Source of the DNA: Hydrolagus colliei
Taxonomy: Eukaryota
DNA: 64,000 nt
NCBI GenBank assembly: GCA_035084275.1
Contig: CM068769.1
Span: forward strand, 1,116,001-1,180,000
Reading direction: 5' to 3'
In this document: one piece after another, positions 1 through 12,587 of the stretch
Layout: each line of letters starts with the position of its first letter
Position numbering within the stretch: position 1 is the stretch's first letter
Notes under the pieces: generated by a model
What the model saw: only the letters and a program-made list of their open reading frames with translations
What the model was told of the DNA's origin: nothing
Database searches by the model: none
Position numbers and translations under genes: made by a program

Positions 1-470
1 GCGTGGAGCAGGCCAAGTCCTGTTGAACGGAGGGTCCGGGTGGGCGTGTAGGGGGAGAGTAGATCGGTTTAGTAGGATGGGGCAAGGCCGTGTAAGGCGT
101 TGTAGGTGAGGAGGAGGATCTTAAACTCGATCCTCTGGAGGATGGGGAGCCAGTGGAGACGGGCGAGGGTGGGGGTTATGCGGTCGCGGAGGCGGGTGCG
201 GGATAGTACACGGGCTGCAGAGTTTTGGATGTCCTGCAGACTATGAATGGAGGAACTGGGGAGGCCGATTAGGAGAATTTCCGTAGTCCAGCCGTGAGGT
301 GATGTGTGCATGCACAAGTGCTTCGGCAGCGCGGCGGCTAAGATAATTCCCAGCATTAGACAGACAGCAAACAGCCTCATTGCTGCTCCTCAGGACTCGT
401 TGTTGTGTCTGTGACATCAGTTTGCTGGTAACCAACAGCAATATGCGTTACCGGCAGATCCCATAGTCCC
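1..470 (-). mobile_element. L2-clade LINE fragment (ORF2 C-terminal part, frameshifted)
   Basis: ORFs 241-441 and 69-380 give HITSRLDYGNS / LQDIQNSAARVLSRTR..ITPTLARLHWLPILQRIEFKILLLTYNALHGLAPSY, the typical L2 post-RT region. Confidence 0.85.
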
Positions 471-2079
471 ACGTCACCTCATTGACATCTCAACTGCTTT
501 TAATTTGTGCAATACTCCATTACAGTCTGTGTTTTTGTGGCGTGGCTGGGTGGGGTGGTGGGCGGGTGGGAGGTGGGTAGCAGGGAATCCTCCCACTCAG
601 TTCCTAGTAAATTTACAATCAAACCTTACACATATACAGTCAATTCGCTTAACTGTATATATTCCATGAAGCGTTTCGAGCCGTTGATAAAAGGTGAAAA
701 GAGCAATTTTGCCTGTAAAATCAAATGCAAATATTATTCATATTATTCCAATCCAATAAATGATGGTCACGAATTTCCGAATAGTTTACGTATACACAAA
801 TGGATATAGCGTTTTTAATTTCACTCGAAGTAATGTTTCGTACTAATTCAAACACTACCTCCATCTTATAGTTCAATGACGGTTTGCACTTTTATTTAGA
901 TTTGTAAATGTTGTAAAAGTAAATTTTTCATCCATTCGAAGATCTTCATGTATCTCCAGTATTGATTCGTGCATTACATATTTCCTGAAAGATCATTGTT
1001 ATCTTAATAATTATTTCCTTTGTTACAGTTTATTTCAATAATTCCCTACATGACGCCACGTGACTTGCTGTGGCGCCTGTTTTATTGCATGTGGTTGGGA
1101 ATTGATCACGTGATTCCTCTGAGAAACACAGCAGATAAGTCAAATAGTTCAACTGACAGGAATGACATCTGTGTTGTGATTAAACCATTAAATCCTCCTT
1201 GTAGGTTTATGCACGGTGGTGTCGCCTGAAGATAACGCTGTTCAAGGGATCCCACAAGATTATGTGGCTGCATCAGATATAGCCGCAGCCAGCACAGTTA
1301 CAGTAGATGTCTTGCTGCTCGTGTACAAAGTAGTGTGAAAATACCTTCATCAAATTCAGCTCTGAAAGTGTCACCATCATGTTCATGTCTCAGTGTTTAC
1401 AGAGGAGGCTGGCCTGGCTACTGCCGGTACCAGTATATCCAAACACTCGTGAAACCAGCAGAGTAGGTACATCTGAGGTTCACAGTCTGGCCTTCAGTGA
1501 CAGACACTTCCCTCTACCATGGTTCAACATTATCTCCATTTGCGGTCGCTGTAGCCAGAGAGAACAAATTATTCATTGTAAAGCACACACTATAGATAAA
1601 TCTCCAAAGGGTCTTCGGACGGAGAGTAAATTACTTCCATAAAAGATCAATAACATTAAAATGAGCAAGGCAATGTGTTTACTCTGCATGTTTCCAAGCG
1701 AGCAAGTCATTCGATGCGAGCTTTTTGAGATGAGAGATTGTGTCCTGAATTGTGACTCAAAGCAGAGTGATGAGCAACAGATGCGCCTCTGTGTCAGATG
1801 ACTATAGTTTCAAAAAGTATTTGTGAAACTTAAGTAGACTGATGACGCTACAACGCCTTGTGACGTAGAAATAACAATGTAAATTTCTTCTTGTTGTTCT
1901 GATGAATGCTGCCACTTTACTGTTTTATTTGAAGTATAATTTTGTCATCCTTCCACGAACCACCCCAACCGTGTTCTTGTCTCTATCCAAATTTTCATCA
2001 CATGGGAACGTCCTCTCGACGTGAAAGGCGCTATTTAAATGTAAGTTTCAATTGATTGATTTGCTAAATTGTGAAGTCC

Positions 2080-2490
2080 TATGGATCAGTGGTTAAAATA
2101 ATCATATCACAAGCGAGACCCAAGGTAGTGTAATTAATTCGTTTGATGGAAACATTGTGGTAATAATAAATATAATCCTTGCTTTTGACACAGCGATTTT
2201 CACATCTTGTCGACAGCACAAAAAGCGCATCACACAATATACTGTTAAGTGAATTGATTGTTTGCTTGTGAGCGAAACGCGGCAGCCATTTGCGCAGAAC
2301 AGCGTCCCCCACAAACAGTACAGGATTGAAATGATCTATTTTATTACTGTATTTTTTCTTGGAGAGATTACGTTTATGCGTGTTGAGTAAGGAAACTTGA
2401 CCAAGGTTTCGCCCTGAGCTGCCTGGATTCGAACACATGTCTCACAATAGCAATATGAATGTTCTAGCCACTGAGCTACAGGAGCTTAAC
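2080..2490 (-). mobile_element. tRNA-derived SINE with L2-type 3' tail (one of roughly 30 copies or fragments in the window)
   Basis: Minus strand: TAGCTCAGTGG A-box, GTTCGAATCC B-box, core TGCTGT-CGCAAATGGCTGCCGCGTTTCGC, tail ending in an AAT/TAT repeat. Ends are approximate. Confidence 0.8.
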
Positions 2491-2640
2491 AATAGTATAT
2501 GTGATTGAAAGGCAATAAAATTTACCAAGTGACATGGAGATTGTATTTATAAGAACAAAAGCTTGTGATAATCATCTTAATGATACAGCTTTGAAGAATT
2601 CGGATCAAGCAGCAATAGTGTACTTGAGGGAAAGAATGTC

Positions 2641-2722
2641 AACTGTAACAGGAAACAGCTGTGATAGCTGCTAATGTCGTGTGTTTAATGCGCCACCTTT
2701 GGTGGTTTGCAGCTACTGCAGC
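2641..2722 (-). promoter_or_regulatory. Repeated module: AACTGTAACAGGAA-CAGCTG plus CTCF-like site
   Basis: AACTGTAACAGGAAACAGCTG at 2641-2661; minus strand TGCAGTAGC-TGCAA-ACCACCAAAGGTGGCGC. Paralogous copies at 10980, 23536 and 30758. Confidence 0.5.
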
Positions 2723-3432
2723 TTTACAATGCAGACATTCGAAAGCAAATTATTTTAGGACCGTCTTGAATTGTCTCGTCCTTTCTCCTCCCGTGGAAGG
2801 ATAAATCTTCGTCTCGTTTCCCTTCTTGTTCCTCATGTTTTCCCAGATTTAATAGAAAACTGGACCGAATTGACTCAACACTATCATTCTGTGGCGTGTT
2901 CCTGCTCATACTTGCGCCCCACACTCACTTCCCCACCCTCCTAGTTTAGTTAATTATTTGATGAATTGCTCTCACTTGTGTATATTGTTTGACTTCAAAG
3001 TGAGTTGACATTGGTCATGCTACAGTACCAGAATAATAAATTTTCATTTATAAAGCAATGTTCCCATTGAGAGAAGTTCCAAATGCATTATATTCATGAG
3101 TCAGATTATTTATTAGAATTATAAGATAATTAATTATTTTCATTCTTCGATTTTGGATAAATAATGCAATTTGTGTTCTCTCTTTGCCGATTCGCCGATG
3201 CGTATCAACATGCATTCACTGTGCAGTTTGATTCCAGGCGTTCAATGACCCATTTCTATCTGAAATGTGTTAATCACTGTTCTACGCCTCGTAAGAAGAA
3301 TATTCTGAATCTCTTCTGTTGGACAGAAGACAGAAAAGTGAATCTCAATGTGTTTCCGAATCAAAGTCTTGTTACAGCATTAGTTGCAGCCAATCTTGGA
3401 GCGATGCATGTGTCTTCTCATTGTGAATAAAA

Positions 3433-4225
3433 GTGGACCCTAAGCATTGCAAATTTCTGACTATATCCATCTACCTTGCCACCCCCCACCCCACCCCCCC
3501 CAACCCCCCACCAACTACCTCTCCTCACATTCACTCTACAAATTTACTAAGCACAAATTGGGAGATCGATTTTCAGAGCATTTGCACTCTGATCGGACGG
3601 TCAACCATGATGCAGTCTCCCTCCATTTCAGGATTTAGATGCTGATTTTTTGATCCATGGACTCTGCGGTGTTCAAGTAACCCACAGCGGAAACTTGAGG
3701 AACAGCACCTCATCTATTTACTGGGGACACTACAATCATCTGGCCTCAACATTGAGTTCAGCCATTTCAGTACGTAAGAGTTTACTCGCTCACCAACACC
3801 CCCACACACATCCCCACTCGATCACAATCATAACTCCAGACACCCATTGACTCTACGGTGTTTCGTTTGTTCTATCACGATTAACACCTCTTCTCCCCAC
3901 TTTCGTTTAAACCCACCCCCTTCTGTTTCTCCCCTTGAAGTCCTTAACACATATTCAACACATCAGTTAACACACAGTGTTTTCCATTTTCCTTTGTCTG
4001 CTTTGTCGCTTTTGTCTTTCATGTCTTGCCACTCTCCATTTAACGTCCTTAAGAAACCCCTCCCTCTAAACAAGTCCCAGTTCTGACGAAGGGTTGTGCA
4101 CCCGAAACGTTGACTCTTTTTCCTTTCCCCATTGATGCTGCCTGACCTGCTGAATTTCCCCAGAAAATTTTGTTTATGTTTCAGATTCCCAGCATCTGTA
4201 GTATTTAGTTTTTTGTTCATGTTAG
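3433..4225 (+). mobile_element. Penelope-like retroelement relic (GIY-YIG C-terminus plus terminal repeat)
   Basis: Broken frames read TKHKLGDRFSEHLHS..SLHF and RKLEEQHLIYLLGTLQSSGLNIEFSHF, followed by the CTGACGAAGGG..CCCGAAACGTTGACT..GATGCTGCCTGACCTGCTGA..CCAGCATCTG terminal repeat typical of chondrichthyan Penelope elements. Confidence 0.75.
4077..4115 (+). ncRNA. Minimal type I hammerhead ribozyme motif inside the Penelope terminal repeat
   Basis: AGTT (stem I) CTGACGA 4083-4089, A, GGGT-TGTGC-ACCC (stem II), GAAAC 4104-4108, GTT cleavage triplet, GACT (stem I'). Confidence 0.65.
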
Positions 4226-4929
4226 TTGAAGCACGTCGTATAGGTGTCATTAGTGCAGCAACTGCTGGTGAGCAGGAGCCACATCACGTGTACAATTGGA
4301 GACATGTGATCGCGAATTGTTTGTCGGCGTGTATTAACTTCCATGGTCCTATCTCCTCCAAGTTTATACATTGATCTCATTTCTCTGCGCATTCCTCAGG
4401 TTGGAGAGTAATTCGACTCCAATCAACAACAACAACAACAATCCCATTTGCACTGCTGTGCGTTTCGTCCACAAAACTACTTTCAATTCACTTGATAGTG
4501 TGTTTTGTTAAGCACTTTCATACGTCTATAATACATGAAAAGCGATATCTCAAATGCGAGGATTACTATTGGTTACATTCCGTATCTTTTAGCTGCTGAT
4601 ACATAATACCCCAATTTAATTTGTTTCGCTAGAATTTTCCATTATTCTTTCCTGTCAACACCAATTGGATCAGAAAATGTTCAATTCTCTTGTTAAATCC
4701 TTCCGCCTTTCCCCGATTTACACCGCATCATGTGGCCTACTGTATGGTTAGAACACTTGCCTTAAAAACTTGAGCCCTCGTTTTCGAATCCAGGTAGTAC
4801 AGGGCGAAACCTTCGGCACGTTTTCTTACTCTACAGGCCTACTAATAATCATTCCCCAAATTACTATTTTAGCAAGACCATTTTAAGCTATTTAAGTTAA
4901 ATTATATACACTTAACAACAATAATCCTT

Positions 4930-5294
4930 ACGTTTGACAATGCACAAAATCACATCTTCGAGATGCATCAAAGCAATTTGCAGAATGTATTTTAAACGAT
5001 TTAACTGCATATGTTGCGGGCGAAGCACTGCAGCTGTTTGATCGCATCAGCCATCCATTGGAAATAATGTTCAATTTATTATTGTTGGTAGTTGTAGTAT
5101 TATTTAGAAGGAAGTTATGCCCCTGGAAAAAGGATTCACTGATCAACTATCGACGGTTTCCTAATTATTGCTCAGAAAACCGATTCCCGTGTGTGGAGTC
5201 AGCAATTTTGCTCAACATTTCGCATTGTTGGAATCGAACCCATTTGTAGCTCCATTTTGAGGCGAGCGCTTTCTCTGCCGAGCTACAGGACTCC
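4930..5294 (-). mobile_element. tRNA-derived SINE directly behind the V1 RSS
   Basis: Head GGAGTCCTGTAGCTCGGCAG...GGTTCGATTCC starts 7 nt after the nonamer (5302-5310). Left end is approximate. Confidence 0.7.
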
Positions 5295-5340
5295 ACATGG
5301 TAGTTTTTGGATGGCGGTAGAGCTGATCTGTGTCTCTGTG

Positions 5341-6030
5341 GGGCTCAGTGCACAGTACTACACCGCCGACTCTGTATCGCTCACTTGGGATATATTTAGT
5401 GGAACGCTTCGCCGAACTTTACCCAAATTGGTTCAGAAACGTTCTTTTGCAAATTCTGCACGAAACTCCTTGTTGGTGCTGGTGTGCAACATCAGGATAG
5501 ATTGATGAGCTGCATTGGGTTAGTGACGGTACCTGAATATATATGTGTTGCTGTCACTTGTAGCCGTATCATTACACAGCAGATAGGCCTATTCTCCTTC
5601 ACTCACTGCCACCGTAGATTGGAGCTGTGTCACAGAGTCTCCTACACAAAGCCCTGGAAACCAGAAATACATCATTATTCAATACAATAGCAAGAATTCT
5701 AATCATCCTCTTGTATTTCATAAGGCGCGTTATCGAGTCCATGATACATCTCCATTCAATTCACCGAATAAAATTTGTAAAAACAGGGTAGTTTGTGTAA
5801 CGTTGCGCCCTGTCCTGCCATGGAATCGAACCATGATCATCTCGGCTATGACGCCAGCCCTATAATCACTAAAATAATGAACAATCCAACTCCTCAAGCT
5901 CTTTCTGTATTATTATGTAACTTATTCGATAAAACATAGGCGTTGGTTAATACTTTCGGAAACAAATACACATAGAATGCTTACCTGACAAGGTGATGAT
6001 GGCTGCTGCCACATAGATATACATTGTCAT
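5341..6030 (-). pseudogene. TCR alpha/delta V segment V1 (family A), pseudogene
   Basis: Leader exon 5985-6030 (MTMYIYVAAAIITLS, G|GTAAG); V exon 5341-5653 with four in-frame stops (TAG, TAA, TGA, TAG) and Trp41 to Arg. RSS CACAGAG 5334-5340 / 23 / CCAAAAACT 5302-5310. Confidence 0.92.
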
Positions 6031-7357
6031 GTGTATTTAATTGTACTGTTTGCAGTGAGAGCGTTGATAGTGTAATTGGCGAATGTTGTCTGGGAGGCAG
6101 AAAGATACCGTGAGGAGGGCTGAACAATAAATGACATACAGTAGTTGCCGATTTCGCCTTGAAGGGCGAAATCTTGGATACGTTTTCTTACTCTACCCAA
6201 CCAATTTTGTTTGCCCAGCTATCAGTAGCAGTTCGATTATTTCTCGATTGATGTGGTTGTGTTTCATTGTTAACAATCATTCATAAAATAAGCTATTGAA
6301 TCCAGCACTGTTTGTGTGACATTGCTGTGCACAATTGGCTGTCTGGTTTAGCCTGCAGATCGCCAAGTCACTACATTTTACAGTGTAGTCTTTCAGGCGA
6401 TTAGTGACGTCTCAAGTTGGACATGGTATTCAGTGGAAGCGACTGAGTATGTGCACGTGGCTAGACAATGGCCTAATGTGTGTTGGCTTCACGTCACCTG
6501 TGCTACCTTGCAATTGAGTAACGAGGTTGAACCAGCCATTGAGAGGGTTTCAAAGCCAAAGTGGTGAGCCCACGTGGCTTCAGCAGTTTCTCAGATATCT
6601 CTGACCCAGTTGATTGAAAGTTGCTTTCCTGCCCCAGTTGGATGAACGTTTCATTCCTTCTGGGTTTCAGCAGTTTGGGCACTAAACACATATTTATCTA
6701 GGATAACTCATGCCTATGTGTTACCTGCTATGCATTTTAATTCGCTAACATTGGCTTCTTATATGAGCATACATATTTGTAATCCGTGTGTCTAAACCAT
6801 TGGGAAATCCATCTCAAATCCACTTACATACATGTGAGTATCTACACCAAACATTGTGTTGCAATAATCCATCATTTTTATGCAGCATCGTATCGTTTCT
6901 TCAAGACCACTCTAAGTGTTTCACGTGATATACCGAAAAAAGTAACGCTAGTGTAATCTGCGGCAGAGAATTTCAGAGTATCGTCTTACAAAAAGCGATG
7001 TATTGAAGTACCAATCATTATTGAATGGACTATTGCACTCTGGAAGGCACTCCACCAAACGACGCTGAAACTGGATCCAACTTATTGCTCGACAGAGAAA
7101 CAGAAACAATATTAATAGTATTTGCATTTTGTACAGCATCTTGTCAAGTCTTTGTGAGATAACAAAGCGTTTTTTTGTTGTTGTACAGTGTAGTGTGGCA
7201 ACTGTTTATGTTACCGGCTGTATGTGACAGTCAGTTGCACACAGCGGTGTTCCACAAACACTCATGGATCTAAAAGGCGAGTGGTATATCCAGCGAGCTA
7301 CAGTTACATACAGCAGCATGTTTTTGTACAGGCTCCTCTTAGACACGCAGCACTGTG

Positions 7358-7813
7358 CTCTCTGCTGCACAGAAGTAAGTGGCGGTGTCTGTCACTCGCA
7401 CGGATTTGATTGTCAGTGTGCTGTTCTTCTCTTTTGTATCAGCCAAAGCACTTATCCTCTCCTCCCCCTTGATCGCTCTGCTTTGCTTCACCATCAAATG
7501 GATGGAGCCGTTTCCATACTGTTTGTACCATTGAAAAGCTGGGCTGTACAAAGTGCTGTTGCACTCTATATGTACATTTCGATTTTCAATCCCTGTCAGT
7601 AACTGAGGTATCTGTGACACTTCGTTTTCAGCCAAGGCACCTGGGGAATAGACATGAACTTTCTTGGAAAGAAATTCGGAAAATCTCTCCAACTAAACTT
7701 ATAAATATTCAACAGCAATCAAGGATGTATTTGTGCAAACTCACATTCTACTTACAGAAGAGCGACAGCATGAAATTAAAAATAATACACGTTGCTTGGT
7801 AACGTAATTTCAT
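7358..7813 (-). CDS. TCR alpha/delta V segment V2 (family B), intact
   Basis: Leader 7756-7813 (MKLRYQATCIIFNFMLSLF, T|GTAAG); V exon 7358-7640 with C23, WYKQ and ATYFC. RSS CACAGTG 7351-7357 / 23 / ACAAAAACA 7319-7327. Confidence 0.93.
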
Positions 7814-9181
7814 TCTCAATCCTCGTCGATTCATGTCAGAACCTCCAGGTGAAATGCAAGTTGACACCAGCTAACTGCTGCTAAACGTTCATGAATGTTT
7901 GTCGAGTGCCACTAACTGTGCAGGTTATGACTATACTCTCGGTGACGCCTCCACTGACGTCTCGTTTCCTGTATGTTTGCTTCCGTGATATTCATTCCCC
8001 AATCGGATACCAACAGAGTTCGTTTAGTCCACAGAATAGGATGTTACTGCACTTTGCAGTATATTCGTTCAACACTTGGAATCACGTGAATGAAATAAAC
8101 TGGCTACATCGAATTCAGTCAAATACAGCTGTTACTGTTATTAGCATAATTATTATAAGTTTCTAAAAGAATGCACTATCGGAAGAAATATGCCTTCAAG
8201 CATTTATTTAGGTTTAACATTCTTCTGCATACATCCTTATCAAATCATTTCATGGAAGATTCCTGTAGGTCCAAACAGGCTTTTCTCTCGAGTGCAGAGA
8301 TTCTGTGTTTGGCATCGTCATCGGCTAATTTATTTAAAACAATGTTCCCTCAATTATCTGTGAAGTGAACAAACAATTGTGCTGATTGAATGTCTGCCCA
8401 TTCACCAGGAGAAATCCTGGTATTGCTTTCTCAGGGACATGGGATCATTAACGACCCTTGTTACAAACCAACTGGACCTCTGTTTGATGGTCCAACAGAA
8501 GGGCAACTTCTCTGACATTTCTAGACACACCCAGACCTGCACTGGAGTGTCAGCCCAGTACATCCGTCAATAATCTAATATGTCATACACAGCATTTAAG
8601 TCGCTTTTAAGTGTTACGTGTAAGTTAGAAGTTTGATTGTTATTATATGGTACTACAAAAATAATTTAAAAAATATCTTTCGATTTGATAAAGCGACATT
8701 GTTCGCATGTCTCGTAGGGCTTCACAGAATCTACTGTAATGTGTCTTGAGAGTGTGTGTCTTGGTGGAAGAAACACTGGCAGACCAATGAGCAAAGCAGT
8801 GTCCTACAAACTTACGTGGATAGAGTAATTACATTTATATTATTATGTATATGTAACGGATTATAAACCCAGGGAAATCGATCCACCCATGGACTAACAG
8901 GAAGATTCTAAGCAAAAGGTAAGTAAAGATGTATGTTCTTGCAGAATGTGGAGCACTGCTTAAGGATTCCCAACGCTTGGGATTGAAACCGAGGTCCACT
9001 CAAGTGCAACGCGAGTACTCCAACCTCTGTACTACACCCCACAACATCTGTCCACCTCCCTCACTGTTATAATAGTGTAGCCACCTCAGTGTGTTGGCAG
9101 TAAGAAGTTGAATATTTGAGGGGAATTTACGCTTATCTGCTGAGTTTTTGTACAGTGTATCTGGCCTCCTGTCACAGTGTG

Positions 9182-10056
9182 GGCTGCAGGGCACAGTAAT
9201 ACATGGCGCCGTCACCCACAACAGCCCTGAGTATTTGCAAGTTAAATACTTTATTCTCCTTGTCCAGCTTGGCAGTGAAGCGGTCAGTAATAGCAGGAGC
9301 TTTGTCTACAGTTCCCGAGGTAAATAGCATAAGCAGGTACTGAAGACCTCCACCGCGATATTGCCTGTACAAGAAGGCGGTGTTTAGTGTGGAATAGTTG
9401 CAGTTTATTCTCGCGTCTTGCCCTTCAAATTCCTTAATCTCAGGAGGATATTGGAATATTACATATTTTCCGGTACCTTCTGCAATCAAAAAACAACGTA
9501 ATTTTCACAAGACAAAACAAAATTTGTTACTGTAATAATACTAAGGACAATTGTGTTAGTTTTGAGATTTTTTACAACAATCAGTGTTTTGAAAAATCTT
9601 GCATACAAAACACCCACAGAATATAATATCAAATGAATTGTCTCCATACTTTGTAGGCAAAACGCGGCAGCTAATTGTACACAGCGGTGTCACACACAGA
9701 GTCATAGATTGAGAGCTCAAATTAATGTTATTGTAAGTAATTTTTTGATGGGAATGATCACGTCTGGATAGTGATCCGCTTACCAATTACTGCTGGACTC
9801 AAAAAGGCGTGTGTATGGTGTAAAGCGACTTGTCCAACAATTAGCCTTGATGTGAATCAAAATAAGGTATTCTCCTGTTCAATGGTAGTCCTCTAACTGC
9901 TACTCTACCGAAATCATAGAATCATAATAATAATACTTATATCAGATGTAGTGCTTTTCACACCTTGTAATACCAAATCATATGCACTAGGCATGTCCAC
10001 ACATACTTACTGGCTATGGTGAGGATTACTATCAGTAACTGACAGTGACCTGTCAT
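9182..10056 (-). CDS. TCR alpha/delta V segment V3 (family C), open frame but conserved Trp replaced by Leu
   Basis: Leader 10011-10056 (MTGHCQLLIVILTIA); V exon 9182-9479 with INCNYS..AFLYRQY..AMYYCALQP. RSS CACACTG 9175-9181 / 23 / ACAAAAACT 9143-9151. Confidence 0.9.
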
Positions 10057-10979
10057 GCTAGCTGCTGAGGTGAGGGCAGAAAGTGGAATCTCTTCCTCTT
10101 GATGCGCCTGTTCGACTCCTTCAGTTACATGTAGTGAGGCAGCGGCTGATGTGATGTGTGCAGGCAGTGGGTTATCCAATAATATTGTATGCGTTTCATA
10201 CTAACCAATCTATCTTTGCCTTAATCAGCTCATGATTGGCTACAAGTGATCAGCTCTAGAATGGAAGGAATAGGGGGTATGTTTCATGCACAAACAAATG
10301 TTTACTTCCTGTAATCAAGTTGTTAAACTGTATGTGTTGCCGTTAGTGCACCTATTGAATCGGGAGGGTTTTGGTTCAAGGTTCAAGACTGTAAATTGAG
10401 TTGATGGTCTGGACTCAAATTCTAATTGATGACTGTGTCAAGGGTATATTATCAATAAAACTTAAATTGAGCCACAATTCGTGAATATTTCTGTGCGAGT
10501 CACTGTGCTCCAATTCCCCATTGTATTTGTCTTCAAAATGCATACATTTACTTTTTAATTATTCATAATGAACGCTTTATTTGAAACTCCTACATGAAGG
10601 CATGTTGTACAAGGCAGGAACTCTTATAACTTTTATCGCTTTGCAGTCCTGTATGGAACTGCATCCAAGTCAGGAGGGCCCAAACTAAGAAATAGCTTTA
10701 CTTCTGAAATTTAAAATGTAACAGAAAAATTGTATTCTCCTTCCACAAATTAAGCAAAGAAAATGCCCATGTAGCCATTGGGAAAACCTAACTTGTTGAA
10801 GACCAGAGTGAGCGTTACTCAATAGAGGCTGATTGGTTTTTTTGGGGGAAAGGCAATAAGATAGAAAACGTGTTACAGCAATTGATTCTGGAACAAGAAT
10901 AACACGATTCATATTTAAGCAAACAAACATTAGCACTTTTCAGCCGCAGAGGCCATAGTGTGTACGAAGCTCCAACATC

Positions 10980-11120
10980 AACTGTAACAGGAAGCACCTG
11001 CTATAGCTCACAAGGAAGTTAGCTACAGAAAGGAATGTGGCAAGTTATCTCAGTTGCAGTTCATGTTAGATCCTGTATGTGCTTAGTGCGCCATCTGCTG
11101 GTGGATTGCAGGTACAGAAC
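10980..11120 (-). promoter_or_regulatory. MYB/ETS/E-box-like module plus strong CTCF-like site
   Basis: AACTGTAACAGGAAGCACCTG 10980-11000; minus strand CCACCAGCAGATGGCGCAC at about 11086-11104 matches the CCASYAGRKGGCRS consensus exactly. Confidence 0.6.
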
Positions 11121-11752
11121 GTGCACAATTGGAGACATTTCATAGTAAATGGTTTCCAGCCACGCTCAACATTCCCTTCCTGAATGGCGCTGTATAAACT
11201 CAAGCTATTGATTTATTTACTTTTTATAATGTTTTACAATCTATTAGAATACAATCTATTAGGCACGTGTATGAGGCAGGTCTCCCCAAAACGCAGGAAC
11301 TTTGAGACTATCTCTGTGACAATACCATCATTGTGTTTAATAAAAATATCAAGATTCCTTGCATTTGATATAGCGCCCTATCATATCTTAGATGTGCAAT
11401 AAAGCTCTTTGCAGAATGTACTGTAAACGATTTGACATGTTGTGTGGGAGAAACGCGAAAGCCAAGTTTGCATATCAGAGATCCATTGAATTCAATGACC
11501 AATGTATTAATATAATCAATAGACTGAAGGAATTCTTACACGCGGTTAGCGAGTCACTAATCCACTAACAACATAGTTCCGAATTACTGTCATTTAAACA
11601 GCCGCGTATATGTGGAGTAAGGAAACTTGCCCCCTCATTTCGCTCAGCCGTGAATTAAAACCCTTGTATCTTGCCTGTGAGGCGAAAGCTTTTACCACTG
11701 AGCTCCACATGGTAGTTTTTGTAGGGCGGTAACGCTGATTTGTGTCTCTGTG

Positions 11753-12587
11753 GGGCTCAGTGCACAGTAATACATGGCCGAGTCTGTGACTATCACTTGG
11801 GACATATTTAATCGCACGGTTCTCCCCACTTTATCCACTGTTGCTGAGAAATGTCCTTTGGCAAAGTCTGCATATTGTGGTCTGTTGCTGGTGGATGTGC
11901 TGAGTAAATATTCTGTAGCTGAGTTGGGATAGTGACGGTACCAGAACAGATACATTCCGATGTCACTTGCAGCTGTATAATTACACTGCAATATTGCATG
12001 CTCCCCTACATTTGCTGTCATAATATGTTGAAGCTGTGTCACAGCGTCGCCTTCACAATGTCCTAGAAACAAGATAAATAAATAATAATAATGTGAATAA
12101 TACTAATAATCACAAAAATATTGATGTTAGTAATTCTTTGATTTACTACAACGCCTTAGCCCGTATTCGCGACAGCACAAAGCGCTTGACAGAACAGTAA
12201 TTTAGCACATTTTCTGGGAAGAATAGACAGAACCAATTGCGCGTATCAGTTTCCCCAAAACACTAGGTAATTGATTGATTTATATACGATACAATTTTTG
12301 CAATTCAATGCTTCGGAGACGCGAACAGTAAGTTTACCCACAGTAGGGTTCATATCTAAAACCACTGAAACATGGACGCTTGTGTGCCGCAAGTAAACTT
12401 GCCTGTAGATTCGCGCTCCCTACTCACTGAGTTACAGAACGCTACCGCTTGTCAAGTCCTGTAGATTATTGAGTAATTAATGGAATAAGATAAAATACGC
12501 ATTGGGTAATATGTGCAGGAGTATATTGATATAAGTTTACGGCTTACCTACGAAGATAACGATGGCTGTTGCCAGGTAAATATACAT
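11753..12587 (-). CDS. TCR alpha/delta V segment V4 (family A), intact
   Basis: Leader 12548-12587 (MYIYLATAIVIFV); V exon 11753-12062 with LQCNYT..LFWYRH..DSAMYYCALSP. RSS CACAGAG 11746-11752 / 23 / ACAAAAACT 11714-11722. Confidence 0.94.
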
